Source of the DNA: Octopus sinensis
Lineage: Eukaryota
Assembly: GCF_006345805.1 (NCBI RefSeq)
Contig: NC_043011.1
Location: 39,258,464 to 39,322,463 of the forward strand
Direction of reading: 5' to 3'
Length of the DNA stretch: 64,000 bases
Of the stretch, positions 12,563 through 25,830 are shown piece by piece. Position 1 is the stretch's first letter; each line of letters opens with the position of its first letter. A model generated the notes under the pieces. The model was not told the DNA's origin. It ran no database searches and saw only the letters and a program-made list of their open reading frames with translations. The position numbers were made by a program, and so were the translations under genes.

Positions 12563-12978
12563 TCTTTACTCTTTTACTTGTTTCAGTCATTTGACTGCAG
12601 CCATGCTGGAGCACCACCTTTAGTCGAGCAAATCGACCCCGGGACTTATTCTTTGTAAGCCCAGTACTTATTCTATCGGTATCTTTTGCCGAACTGCTAG
12701 GTGGCGGTGACGTAAACACACCAGCATTGGTTGTCAAGCAATGCTAGGGGGACAAACACAGACACACAAACATACACACACACTCACACACACACACACA
12801 TATATACATATATACGACAGGCTTCTTTCAGTTTCCGTCTACCAAATCCACTCACAAGGCTTTGGTCAGTTCGAGGCTATAGCAGAAGACACTTGCCCAT
12901 GATGCCACTCAGTGGGACTGAACCCGGAACCATGTGGTTGGTTAGCAAGCTACTTACCACACAACCACTCCTGTGCCT
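12563..12978 (-). mobile_element. SINE family A, full length
   Basis: Reverse complement of 10307-10720. Confidence 0.9.
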
Positions 12979-13751
12979 ATATATTTATTGTTAATGCACA
13001 AATGAGAAATGTTTTGGTTTCATTTCAAAGTATTAAATATCTGTCTTTCAAAAACTAGCATTCATTTCACCGTTTGGTACAAGCACCAAGAATTTTGATA
13101 AAACTCAAATTATTATTGTTTGTGTACCATATTTTCTGATATTACCTGTAATGACAAAATTATACCTCCAAAGTTAGCCACCATATATTGGGTAACACAC
13201 TAATACATATAACTATATATCGATTGCTCAATTCTATATTAACTTTTACGTCTGTTTTTCCATGTTGGCATGGGTTAGATGAATGCATATCGTTGAAGTA
13301 ATACTTTACTGCCAGGTGTCGTTAACTCTTACCTGTTTTTCAAAGTAAAAGAAGTGTACATATGTATGTATGTATGCATACGCCTAGTCTGTTTACATAT
13401 TAATTTTCATATTTCTATTACGCACCTAAGTTCTTGGAAAATGATATTCCTAAAATTAGACTGGTTTCTTGCCATAATAGTTTAGTTTTTTTTATGTGTT
13501 TTATATTAAATTGTTGAAAAGTAGAGTTTTTTTTAATTATTTTTTTGCATTTGCAAATCATTCTGAATTTTATGTAATTTTTACTTTATTTTTAGTTTTT
13601 TTCGTTATTACATCTTTACTTTTCAAATTATTCTCTTTCATTCCTTATCATTATCAGTGTGTATGTATCTATCTGTATGTATGTATATGTAGAGAGAAAG
13701 AGAGACACATAGATACACATATTCATTATGAGTGTATGTATATATATTCAT

Positions 13752-13806
<55 letters not shown>

Positions 13807-14044
13807 GTGTGTGTGTGTGTGTGTGTATAATATATATGTGTGTGTATATATATATATATGTATAAATAACTAGACATGAAGCAGTGTGTGTGTGAAGATC
13901 AGTAAGTTTGCTAAGTTACTTGCAGAAAGTAGCCATATGGCTAAGGATATCTGTATTGTGTATGTATATATATGCAAACATATGTGTGTGTATTCACACA
14001 CTTCATGTGCACACACGTACCCCTCCACCCCCATATATATATAT

Positions 14045-14081
<37 letters not shown>

Positions 14082-14454
14082 CTGTCTGCCTGTACATTCA
14101 CTATGTATGTATATTATAGTCTTAGTGCCAACTCTATTAGAAAAGCTGTCAAGTCAAAAACTGTCCTATTTACAATTCAGATGGTGAAATTGGAGAAATT
14201 ATTAAATTATACCGCCATGGAGAGAATATTCATTAGATATTCCTTCAGATGATGGCAATTTTAGACAGGTTTTTTTTTTCATTTATTTTTATTTTATTTT
14301 TATTAATTTTTTTTTTCCTATTTTATTATATTTGTGTGTGTCAGTCTGTCATGAGAAAACTTTTGTTTTTTAATTCCATAATTTGTATTAGCCCAACTTT
14401 AAATACTTAGGTCCTGGACTTCTCATATTTATATATATATATATCATTATCATC

Positions 14455-14660
14455 ATCATCATCATCATTTAACGTCCGTTTTCCCTTAGGGCATGGGTTG
14501 GGTGGTTTGACAGGAGCTGAAGGGCTGTTGAGGTTTCAGTTGTCTGTTTTGGCATGGTTTCTATGGCTGGATGCCCTTCCTAATGCCAACCACTTTACAG
14601 AGTGTTCTGGGTGCCTTTACGCAGCACCAACATATATGCATTCTGGTACCATGTAAAAAC
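14455..14660 (-). mobile_element. Family D RTE 3' end
   Basis: catcatttaacgtccgtttt...gctggatgcccttcctaatgccaaccactttacagag. Confidence 0.8.
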
Positions 14661-14739
14661 ATATCACCATCATGCGTGTATGTCTGTATGTATATATGTC
14701 TGTATATGTATGTGTTTGAATGTATGTATATAGGGGGGG

Positions 14740-14872
14740 GGCACATGGCTCAGTGGTTAGGGTGTTGTAGTCACAATCACAAGGTTGTGGTTTTGCGTTT
14801 CTTGAATCAGGCATTGTGTTGTGTTCTTGAGCAAGGCACTTCATTTTCACGTAGCTCCACATCCACTCATCT
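14740..14872 (+). mobile_element. SINE family B head
   Basis: ggcacatggctcagtggttagggtg...gtgttcttgagcaaggcacttc. Confidence 0.7.
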
Positions 14873-15039
14873 AGCAAAAACAAATAACCCTGTGGGCGGA
14901 CCAAGGCTATTGTAGAAGACACTTTGCCTGAGACCCCCATATGGTAGGACTGAACCATCCAATTTAACAGCAAGCTCCTTAGCACACAGCCATCTCTGTT
15001 TTGGTAGAATTGTTGGATCATCATCCTCCTCTCCTTCAT

Positions 15040-15240
15040 CATTGTTTGACATTTGTACTCCATGTTGGCACATGTTGGACGGTGTGACATGGAGCTGATT
15101 AGCAGGGAGCTGTCCAGATTCTGTCTGTTGTGGCATGGTTTCTACGGTTTGGTTCCCTTCCTAATGCTAACCAGTTACCAGAATGTGCTGGGTGTTTTTT
15201 ACGTGTCACTGTCACGTGTGCCTCTACACAGCACCGATAT
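15040..15240 (-). mobile_element. Family D RTE 3' end
   Basis: ccatgttggcacatgttggacgg...cccttcctaatgctaacca. Confidence 0.7.
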
Positions 15241-16030
15241 GGATAAAAAAGTGTCTTATAGCTTTTGCTCCATCGCCTAACATTTGGAGTTCATATCCTG
15301 TCAAAATTGACTTTACCTTCCATTCCTTGAGGGTCAGTAAAATAAAATACCATTGATATTGACTGACCCCTGTCCTCCAATTTGTTGCCCAATGTTTCTA
15401 TTGATCTGGCAGATTTTGTAGGACATAGGAAAAAATTTTTGCCCTGTATATCTTTACACTCAGAGTTCAAATCCTGCCAAGGCCTACTTAGCCTTTCATT
15501 CATCCATGCAGTGGTAAAAACAAGAGCCAGCCTTGAGCCTGTGGTCAGTGGCATTGACTAACCTCTTCCGCTTGAAATTGCTGGCCTTGTACTCTAAATA
15601 AGAAACAGTTATTCTAATCATTATTCTAAGACATCTGGAAAATATATTCTACCGTTCCCATTGCAAATTCTGTGCACGTTTTTCTGTTGACTGCATCTTG
15701 GAATGAATTTCTATAAGATAATTTGGCCCAGTTTGGTCTCATCATAATTTCATATGTCGCCAGAGAAGTTTTCTTCTGCCCCCCCTCTCCCACTCTCTCT
15801 CTCTCCATCTCTCCTTCCCTCACTCTCTCTCCAGTATATTGTTTCATTTTTGTTGGGTTGTTTTTTTTTGTGCCTTTTATTTTTATTTTAGCAATTTTGT
15901 TATTTATTTTGTTTTGACTCTTGTACTCTTTCCTACACTCTCCTCTCTTATTCGTCAGTATGTCACCCATCCTCTTCAGTTTTTATGCTCACTCTCACTT
16001 TGGCTTCTTGTCTCCACTAACATGTATGTA

Positions 16031-16063
<33 letters not shown>

Positions 16064-16168
16064 GTATATACACACATAAACAGTTGTATCACTCTATGTG
16101 CAATTGTGTCTTCCTCTCTGCATGTGTGTTTGTGTATGTATGTCTTTCTGTATGTTTGTGTGTTTGGA

Positions 16169-16240
<72 letters not shown>

Positions 16241-16603
16241 GAAGCACTGAGTCGTGGCTCACATAGACTCAGCTTTGAATAAATGATTACAATATTCCAC
16301 TCTAGCTATTGAGTGTGAGTGTGTGTGTGGATGCACACACATGCACACAAGCACATATATATAGACATATATATATATCTACACTTGCCTTTCACACTAG
16401 TATAAAACCGTCGTACACTGAATTTCCATAGACACACTCCTGCATGCATGCATACATACATAGGCACACACACTCCCTCCCTCCCTCTCTCTCTCTCATT
16501 CCTTCCTCTCCCTCCCTCCCCCTCTCACATGCAGACATTCGAATACAATCATACACTTAAGTACATACAAAATACACATGGATAAACACATATATTTATA
16601 TAG

Positions 16604-16639
<36 letters not shown>

Positions 16640-17159
16640 ATGTGTATGCGTGTGTGTGTGTGTGTCTAGTTTATGAAAGAAGTGAAAAAAAGAACAAAAA
16701 AAAAAAAACAAGCCCATATTGTTAATAATTAAATTACATAGCCAGCCTGTGTCAGAGTCAGTTAGGGAAAATTTCTGCTTAATTTGTCGAAATAGTTTGA
16801 CAAAAAGTATTTGAATGGCATAAAGCAGGTTACATTGTGGAGATTTTACTTGGTGATATACGATGGAGAGGAGCGAGGAAGCCAATGGACGGCAAGGAGA
16901 GCAAGGAGGGTTGCAGAGCCGGAAGACAGAATGTGGAGAAAGGGGGAGAAAATAAATTGAAGAGCAGAGAGGAAAAGGAATCTGAAAACTAATGGGGAAG
17001 GAAGTAAGGAATGATCAATGAGGGTTGGGTGGGGTTTTTTTTTTATATAGTTTTTTTCTTTTTAATCATTGGCCCTCTGGCCATGCTGGAGTACTACGAA
17101 ATGTTTTATTCCAAGAAACTGACTCCAGTGCTAATGCTTGTTTTTGGGGATTTTTGCTT

Positions 17160-17520
17160 TACTCTTTTACTCCTTTACTTGTATCAGTCATTTGACTGCG
17201 GCCATGCTGGAGCTCTGCTTTTAGTTGAGCAAATCGAACCCAGGACTTATTCTTTGTAAGCCTAGTACTTATTCTATCGGTCTCTTTTGCCGAACCACTA
17301 ATTTACAGGGACATAAACACACCAGCATCGGTTGTCAAACGATGTTGGGGGAACAAACACACACACACACACATATATACATATATACGATGGGATTCTT
17401 TCAGTTTCTGTCTACCATATCCACTCACAAGGCTTTGGTCGGCCCAAGGCTATAGTAGAAGACAAGGTGCAACTATGTGGTTGGTAAGCAAGCTACTTAC
17501 CACACAGCCAATCCTGTGCC
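17160..17520 (-). mobile_element. SINE family A
   Basis: Reverse complement of the family A consensus with a small deletion. Confidence 0.85.
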
Positions 17521-17859
17521 TTTGTTTTTGCTTTTTTTATGTCTGTTTACTTATTGTCTAGGTCTCCTTTGCCTACTGCTATTTTACCAGGACATAACCA
17601 AACCAACACCAGTTGTCAAGCAGTCAAGTATGCAGACACATACACAGAGTTGGCCAAAAGTCACCTGACAGTCATACAAAACCATTTAATTCCAAGATTT
17701 ATTTATGTTTAGCAACTGAATGAATTTGATAAAAGCATCTAAATATGGAACATCATGAAAATTGTTCAGACTGAAGTCCTTTTTGAGCGACACATTTTTC
17801 CATTCGAGTCAATACAGAATTATAGATAGTATTTATGGAATTTTGATTTACTATTAGGT

Positions 17860-18265
17860 GTCTTTTGGCCAACTCTGTATATACACATATGTGGCATGTA
17901 AAAAGAACCACTTGAACGTGATCATTGTCAGTGCCATCTGACTGGCTCCTGTCCTGGTTGCACATAAAAAGCACCATCCTAGCATGGTCTGGGTCGATGC
18001 CAGTGGCATGTAAAAGCGTGGTTGTTGCCAATGCCGCCTGACTGGCTACTGTGCTGGTGTCATGTAAAAAGCACCATTCAAGTGTGGTTGATGCTTGTAC
18101 CACCTGACTGACCCTCATGCACATAAAAAGCACTAAGAAGGGCATCCAACTGTAGAAACCTTGCCAGATTAGATTGGATCCTGGTGTAGCCTTCTGGCTT
18201 GCCAGCCCTCAGTTACACCGTCCAACCCATGCCAGCATGGAAAGCAGGCGATAAACCATGATTCG
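17860..18265 (+). mobile_element. Family D RTE 3' end with internal gtggcatgtaaaag subrepeats
   Basis: aagaagggcatccaactgtagaaacc...ccgtccaacccatgccagcatggaaagc. Confidence 0.8.
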
Positions 18266-18729
18266 TAAAAAGGCAGGACGAATGATGACCAGATGTCAGG
18301 AGAGCAGTAAAAGATGTTGTGTACATATGGAGAAGGAGAGTTAGGAGAGAAGAAAAGATAAATTAAAGAGGAATTGGTTGCAGAGGAAACGAAATAATAG
18401 TAATAATAATAGATAGCAGGATAGGTATGAGGAGAATAAGTGTGATAGTTGTGGTTGGGTATTAAAGAGAGGAAGGGAGACTTGTGGAAAGATAGACTAG
18501 TGGTTGTGGGAGGTGGGGAAGGACGAGGAGATAGAAAGGAAGGAGCTAGAGAGGTAAGGAATGATTGACTGAAGAAAGACAAAAACTTATTGGGAACTCA
18601 TTGAGGTAGAAAGAGAGGGTGGAAGTGCAATAGATAAATAGAGGGGTGGTGTAAAAGTGGAGAGAGAGAGAGAGACAAGGAGAGGAGCAGATAGGTAGAG
18701 CAATGGACAGAAATGTAGAAAGTGAGAGA

Positions 18730-18828
18730 GAGAGAGATTGGTAGATAGACTAACATAAAGATAAGGAGAGATTAAGTGAGAGAAAGATTAAGAAAAAGAG
18801 AGAGGGACAAAGACTGACATATCCTAAC

Positions 18829-18862
<34 letters not shown>

Positions 18863-18965
18863 TGGTAGATAGACTAACAAAGATAAGGAGAGATTAAGTG
18901 AGAGAAAGAGAGAGAGACAAAGACCGACACATCCTAACATAGAGGGAGAGAGAGAGAGAGAGACA
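18730..18965. repeat. About 125-bp tandem duplication within an (AG)n tract
   Basis: ttggtagatagactaac...gataaggagagattaagtgagagaaag...acaaagac...atcctaacatagag occurs twice. Confidence 0.85.
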
Positions 18966-19642
18966 GGGAGTGACAGGTCAATAGACTAATAGAAAGCAAA
19001 AGAGAGAGAGAGAGACTAAGAGATGCGGCTTGTTATTTTGTTATCACTTTTTAAAAACTGCATTTAACACTGCAAAATTTTAAAACCAAGTTTTTCAACC
19101 ACTCGAAAAGAAAAAAAAAAAAACAAAATGTTTTTATCATATTTATTTTAATATGATTATCTGTGATAGATAATGTTTTTTGAAATACATTTTTAAGCTT
19201 TGTTGCCAAAATATGTAATTGGATAAATAAGAAAATGCAGTTTTCTCTCTGTTTAAATTTTATTATTCATTTTTTAAATCTAATTTTTCTTACATCACGG
19301 AGCAATGGTTATATTTTAAAATATTTTAGATGCAATGGTAGTTTTCTTACATGGTAAAAATAAATATAATTTCACTGCTTTTACATCATTTTTACATGTT
19401 TATAGCATTTGCCCTAGTAACTGTTTCCATATAATTTATCTTTGTTTTTTTTTTGTGTGGGGGATGTGTTTGGTGGGGGAAATAGGGAAGTTATGAATGA
19501 ACCCCAGGGCCAACGTAAGCCTTACGACTGAATTCGACAGGCAGAAATTCAAAGAAGCTTCTGGGTGTGTTTGCGTGCATGGGAGGTGGGTGTTAGTGTC
19601 TTCTTGTCTTGACATTGCATGATAGGTGTAAATAAGACTCAC

Positions 19643-19729
19643 CTTCATACAAGCAGTGTTCTATATTTCTTCTGGTTTCCCACGGAAACTTGTACAACAC
19701 TTGTTTACGGCTATGAAGCTTGTCTACTG
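19643..19729 (-). CDS. Candidate internal coding exon (87 nt, phase 1-1), product unknown
   Basis: Pyrimidine tract + CAG acceptor, GTGAGT donor, open frame VDKLHSRKQVLYKFPWETRRNIEHCLYE; no family recognised. Confidence 0.4.
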
Positions 19730-20082
19730 CTGTTATGCAATGTCGAGGCAAAGGAGACAAACATACACATACATCTTTTATCTTTCATCTCTTCACTTGT
19801 TTTAGTCATTAGATAGTGGCCACCACCTTGAAAAGTTTTTTTTTTCTTATCCTAAATGGATTGAGCCCAAGTATTTCTTTTCCCCCTTTTTAAATTCAGT
19901 AAGTATTCTAATGGTCCAAACTGAGGAACTTCAACATGGTAGTCTGACTTGCTAGAAATAGCAGCCAAATCCTTACCATGCACTACCACTTACTTTTCAT
20001 ATTTTGTTAAAATTTTAGAGATTGATAGTGAATTGTTGTTGTGTTTGAGTTCTAGACCAGTCCTTTATTATTATTATTATTA

Positions 20083-20451
20083 TTACCTCCACTTTAGCAA
20101 AGGTGGAGCTATTGTTTCCAGTCGTGTTTATTTGATTGTCTGTGGACAAGATATCTCAAGAACCCCTGGGTGGATTCGGATGAAACTTTCAGGGATGTTT
20201 GGCCTTGTGACATAAACCGATAAGATTTTAGGATCGATCCAGCACCGGAAAAGGATTCTGGATTTTTTTCTTGTTTTTTTTTTTTTTTACTTAATTTTTG
20301 AGAGCGGTCGGGTTCATTTTCGATATTCTTGGTGTGAGAGTAGTCGAGTTTATTTCAGATATCCTCATTTTAAAAATCATCTCCGGTTAATCATTGAGAG
20401 GACGTTGGTGTTGACTTGGCAGAGGTTTGCACTCTTTTGAGTGCTCTTGTT
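20083..20451 (+). mobile_element. Helentron-associated non-autonomous element (HINE/DINE-1-like), copy 1
   Basis: 5' acctcc...ggtggag inverted repeat, short microsatellite, core ggatgaaactttcaggg, 3' subTIR ggcagaggt and hairpin gcactc..gagtgc, ends in TT; three copies in the window. Confidence 0.75.
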
Positions 20452-20665
20452 ATTATTATAATTTTAGGGCAATCTGGCTGCTGTTACTGAGAAGGTCGAA
20501 GAAACATACTAATGCTTCATCTACTAATGAGCTCGACAGCTAGGCTCCATATTGTAACAGTTATCATACAATCTCGCACATGTATATGTGTGTTTGTATT
20601 TATAATGTGTGTATAGATGGTACGGACAGTATTAAATTTACGGAAATGAAAAGCAAAATAATGAA

Positions 20666-20706
<41 letters not shown>

Positions 20707-20877
20707 CATACACATATGTATATAAGTAAGCTCCATGAGGTAACACTTATCATATGTACACACACACATATATATTTTCGAAAGGGGTTTGTATTAGATT
20801 TACAAACATAAAAAAAGCAAGAATAAAACAATGAAAGACACACACACACATATGTGTGTTGTGTGTGTGTGTGTGTG

Positions 20878-20879
<2 letters not shown>

Positions 20880-20936
<57 letters not shown>

Positions 20937-21234
20937 GATACAAGCAAATATATATGAACATACATATATATTCAAATATACAATATTGTGAATATGTGTG
21001 TGTATATATTATATATATGTATATGTAATATATATATATATATATGTATATGTAATATATATATATATGTATGTATATGTAATATATGTGTGTGTATATG
21101 TACATGTATATATGTAATATATATATATGTATATGTATAAGTAATGTATATGTAATATATATATATATGGTGTGTGTTTGTATATATATATATATATATA
21201 TATGGGTGTATATATGTATATATATATATATATA

Positions 21235-21319
<85 letters not shown>

Positions 21320-21380
21320 CTGTGTGTGTGTTATATGTAATATATACTTATATATGTATATATATATATATATATAGGTA
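20880..21380. repeat. (TA)n/(TG)n microsatellite tract
   Basis: Direct inspection. Confidence 0.95.
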
Positions 21381-22309
21381 TGTGTTTGTGTGTTATCGCA
21401 AGCTTGAATGATAAATAAGTAAAATTCAGAAAGTTTGTTAAAACACTGGAGGAAAATAATTTTCCGCCATGTCTCCAGCAGGGTTTGTCTCATTTTCTTC
21501 GAGATGCAAATCAGAACTGATAATGGTTATTGTTTAGGGGTGGAACATGTTTGCCACAGAAACGTGCGGTGGTGGAGTTATGTGGGTGTGTTTGTTGGGT
21601 GTAGTATCCAGATGAGACAGAGCGAGCTGAAAGAAATCTCAGAAAATACACACACACACATTTTTTCTAATAAAAGAAACCAAACAAAATAGTGGGGATG
21701 GGGGAATTTTGCGAAATTTTAATGCAAAAATGGTAAAGAAAATTATGTAGCTGTTTTCATGGTAAGCCTTATGCATAGCAGACTTAATGAATTTGTGAAG
21801 GTGAGGTAGGGCGATGGGTGCCTTTGTACTGGTGGTTGTTGTTGTTGGTGGTGGTGGTGGTGATGGTGTTGGCGGTGGTGCTGCTGCTGCTGATGTTAGA
21901 GGCGGTTGAGTGAAGGGGCAAAAATGTAATTCTGTCCATTGAACCAGATATTGCATATCTCATCTGTGTGAAACAGGGTTTTGCTGTCATTTATTTTAAT
22001 ATGATGTCATGTATGTAAATATGTGTCTATATATATATAAATATCTCCTTTTATATATATATATATATATATTTATTTATTTTCTCTCTCTCTCTCCTCT
22101 CTCTCTCTCTCTATATATATATATTATATATAATATATATATTATATATATATATTTCTCTCTCTCTCTCCTCTATATATATATATATAGAGAGAGAGAG
22201 AGGGGGAGAGTGGTAATGATATAGATAAATACAAGTATAAATACGAATATGTTACGTATATACACATTACATATACACACATATGTATATTTCAGGTCTT
22301 GTGTCTTTA

Positions 22310-22890
22310 GTAGAAAGGATTATGACTATTATTATTATTTTTATTCAAATACTACTGAGGTTGATATTGCCTTTCATTCTTTCAGGGTCAATAAAAGATG
22401 AAATAAGTACCAGTTACGTACTGGGATCAATGAAATCAACTATCCTCCTCTAGCCACCTCCTCCCCCGCCAAACAAATTGAGGTCTTGTGCTTATAGTAG
22501 AAAAGATTATTATTGTTATTATCATTATTATTATTATTATTATGAAGGTGGTGAGCTGGCAGAATCGTTAGTGTGCTGGATGAAATGTTTACACTACATT
22601 CTGAGTTCAAATTCTTCCAAGATCGACATTGCCTTTCATCCTTTTGGGGTCGATGTAATCAACTCGTCCCCTCCCCCAAAATTTCAGGTTTGTGCCTATA
22701 GAAGAAAGGATTATCGTTACTATTACTATTCCATGTGCTCAACATTCTGAGTCCAAATTCTACTAAGGTCAACTTTGCCATTCATCTTTCCAGGGGCACT
22801 AAAAATAAAGTACCAGCCATGTACAGGGGTGATGTAATCAGCAGATCCCTTCCTTAAAATTGCTGGTCTGGTGCCAAAATCTGAAACTAT
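22310..22890 (+). mobile_element. SINE family C cluster (about 3 partial or complete copies separated by (ATT)n)
   Basis: gaaggtggtgagctggcagaatcgttag...gcctttcatccttttggggtcgat repeated. Confidence 0.8.
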
Positions 22891-23173
22891 TATTATTATT
22901 AAAAAATTTCTGCTTCAGAAAAAAAAATAACCATTAGTTTAGGTTACTAACAAAAAGAATTTTCTAAAAGTTCTCGAAAATATAAAATTTTTTTGTCTCT
23001 TTTGTGTGTATGTATGTATGTATGTGTATGTGTGAGAGATTTTATTTAGTTTATTTCTTGTTGCACTTGGATTTCTAGAAAAATTGCTGAAGTCAATAAT
23101 TCTAACAGAAAATTATCGAATTTGCTTGTAAATTAGAATACAAAACATTTCTGTACCGAACATTTTGTTTGCA

Positions 23174-23216
<43 letters not shown>

Positions 23217-23316
23217 GTAAAATTTCTCTCCCTCTCTCTCCCCCTTTCGCATTGCCATTTGTTCTCTTTCTGTTTTACATACACACACATCATGTTTTAC
23301 CTTTATCAATAGCTAC

Positions 23317-23347
<31 letters not shown>

Positions 23348-23759
23348 TGCTGCCGAAAGTATTTTACTTTATATGGAAACTGATGATGCAATCATGTAGT
23401 AACCATGGTAACAGCCAGAGAAATAGCTTACTTATTTACACACAGGTTTCTGGTTCTTGGTTAGAGCACAGCATGACTGGTTGAACTGCGGTTTGAACCC
23501 TTGCTCTCATAGGTTAGAATTCAGACTTCAGAAACATCCATTCACATATGCTAAGTGAAATTTCTGAACTTCTCTCGACCCTGTCCTATGCGCTTGCTCT
23601 ATCACTTCCATTTCACCTTCATGTAACTTGAACGTATGCTCCACTCCATTTGTGTAACTATACCGGGAGGGGGGGGATGTTCCCCCGGGTGCCTCATCAA
23701 AAGCAAGAAAGACGAGACTTTAAACAATTGTATGTGTATATATGTAATATGCAAATATA

Positions 23760-23958
23760 TACAATGGGCTTCTTTCAGTTTCCATCTACCAAATCTACTC
23801 ACAAGGCTCTGGTTGGCCCAAGGTGCCAAAGGGCTTCTTCCAGTTTCCATCCAATAAATCCATTCACAAAGTTTTGGTCGGCCCGAGGCTATAGTAGAAA
23901 ACACTTGCCCAAGGTGCCACGCAAGGAAACTGAACCCAGAACCATGTGGTTGGGAAGC
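23760..23958 (-). mobile_element. SINE family A 5' part with internal duplication
   Basis: ttctttcagtttccatctaccaaatc...cacaaggc occurs twice, then ggcccgaggctatagtag. Confidence 0.75.
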
Positions 23959-24429
23959 ACCTATGTATGTATGTATGTATGTATGTATGTATGTATATAT
24001 ATGTGTGTGTGTGTGTGTGTATTATTATTTCACACATTAGGTATTTTAATGTTGCAATCAGGTAAGCTGGTGCTTTAAACAGTTAAAATAAGGTTTCGTG
24101 AAAAAAATATATTTTGAATTACAGGCTGTACCGTACCGGCAGGTAAAAGAACCCTGTGTTTATTCCTAAAATATTGGTTTAAAACATTAATTACTTGGAA
24201 CAAACAAGTACTGTATAATATCATGGATTTTGCAATGAAGGGATGATGCATTTTTGCAGCTTGCCTCGGGTGCAGTTTACCCTAGCTATGCAAGTGCTCC
24301 ACTCATCTTCACCATCATCTGTCTTTTCTCACTACATACCTCCTTCATAGGAAGATTCCTGTTTCTGTATTCTACTTTAAACTCTTATCATCTAGCATAA
24401 ACCAGCAGCCTCTCTCCATACTACATCCC

Positions 24430-24630
24430 ACTTCAGTTGACTGGTGATGTTTTGCGATTTACTTGGTGACCTCATGGGTGTCAATGCCACGTAAAAAGCC
24501 CCCAGTACACTCTGTAAAGTGGTTGGCATTAGATAGGGCATCTAACTATAGAATCCATGCCAAAGTGGACATTGGTGCTTGGCACAATCCTCTGGCTTGT
24601 CAGCACCTGTTGAAATGTCCAACCCAAAGG
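24430..24630 (+). mobile_element. Family D RTE 3' end
   Basis: gccacgtaaaaagcccccagtacactctgtaaagtggttggcattag. Confidence 0.75.
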
Positions 24631-24829
24631 ATGGACACATTAAAGGATATTGTCTTAAACTATCTTTGAGAAAAGAAATAGAGGACCACCACTATTTAAA
24701 CATTGTTGGTTGAAGGTCTTTTTAATGAGAGTTGACTTGGTCTTAAGCAAAATACAAAGAAATAATGAGACAAGTTTCAGATACCAGGAAGAATTATTAA
24801 AGATCACCAAACCTCTTGGAGGCATGTAT

Positions 24830-25300
24830 AGCAGAAAAACATCTCCAATCATCCTGCTTTTGAGTATAGTCGCCTGCGTCTTCCTGAGTGGTTCTAAGTT
24901 GCATCAGACCTTAGAGGATGGCATGCCATATCTTCTTTGCTCTCCCGCTCTTCCTTCACTCCTCTGGAAGTATCCATTGTATAGTTGTCTTGGGTATTTC
25001 TTCTGGCAGTTGGAAAATAAGACCTGCAAGTCCCACTTGTCGTTCCACCACAAGAAAAAAGCTCTCACAGAGTGGCAATGTTGTGATTCTGTCCCTGTTG
25101 GTGATCTTGAATATTCTGCATAGACATCAATGGTGAAATGCATTCAGTGATCTTGGCAGTTGCTTCTGGCATATTTCCTGCATAGAGTGCTGTTGGCAGG
25201 TCAGCACTCTAGAAGAGTAGGCCCTTCATGCAGTTGTCAATCAAAGTGCTTAATCACTGAACAATGCTGCTGCATACACAATTTATTGCCTAGTGCTTTA
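24830..25300 (-). mobile_element. Old RTE-clade LINE, ORF2 C-terminal remnant
   Basis: Minus strand: LNAFHH*CLCRIFKITNRDRIT and LPEEIPKTTIQWILPEE*RKSGRAKKIW...DDWR, matching RTE motifs AFHxRCLRRIL and PKxxLxW...RxRGRPKxTW. Confidence 0.75.
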
Positions 25301-25479
25301 TCAACCAAGGATGTCTAAAACGCAAACCAGACTATGCTGAGATTTGAACACTGAAACATGGGGCTCAATGATATCATCATTATCATCATCTTCATCATCA
25401 ACGTTGTCATCGTTTTCATCATCTTCATTATTATCATCATCAACATTATAATTATCATTATCATCATCATCATCGTCAT

Positions 25480-25830
25480 CATCATTGTCATCATTTAACG
25501 TCTGTTATTCATACTGGTATAGATTGAACGATTTGATCAGAGCTGACACGTTGGGGACCTACACTAGACTCCAGTCTGATTTGACATGGTTTCTACGGCT
25601 GGATGCCCTTCCTAATGCCAACCACTTTACAAAGTGTACTGGGTACTTTTATGCGGCACCACATGGGTACTTTCACATGGCACCATGAGGGCACTTTTAT
25701 GTGACACTGCACGGATACTATTACGTGGCACCGCACAGGGGCATTCATGTGGCACCGCAGGGGCACTTTTACATGACTCCACATATGTACTTTTAAGTGG
25801 CACTGCCACGAGTGCTTTGCACCACCAGAG
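25480..25830 (-). mobile_element. Family D RTE 3' end with 24-bp tandem array
   Basis: gctggatgcccttcctaatgccaacc plus about 7 units beginning ggcacc/gacact/gactcc at 25656-25815. Confidence 0.8.

Noticed and set aside
20468-20543. Plus-strand frame AIWLLLLRRSKKHTNASSTNELDS* after ttttag, with AATAAA at about 20822
   Set aside because: The acceptor context comes from a HINE end plus ATT repeat with a poor pyrimidine tract; no other support.
23640-23710. GC-rich hairpin with UUGAUGAG on the minus strand
   Set aside because: No GAAA after the stem, so not a hammerhead, and no CTAG terminus for a Helitron end.
25650-25820. CRISPR-like repeat spacing
   Set aside because: Eukaryotic context; the units are contiguous diverged tandem repeats without unique spacers, and no cas genes are present.
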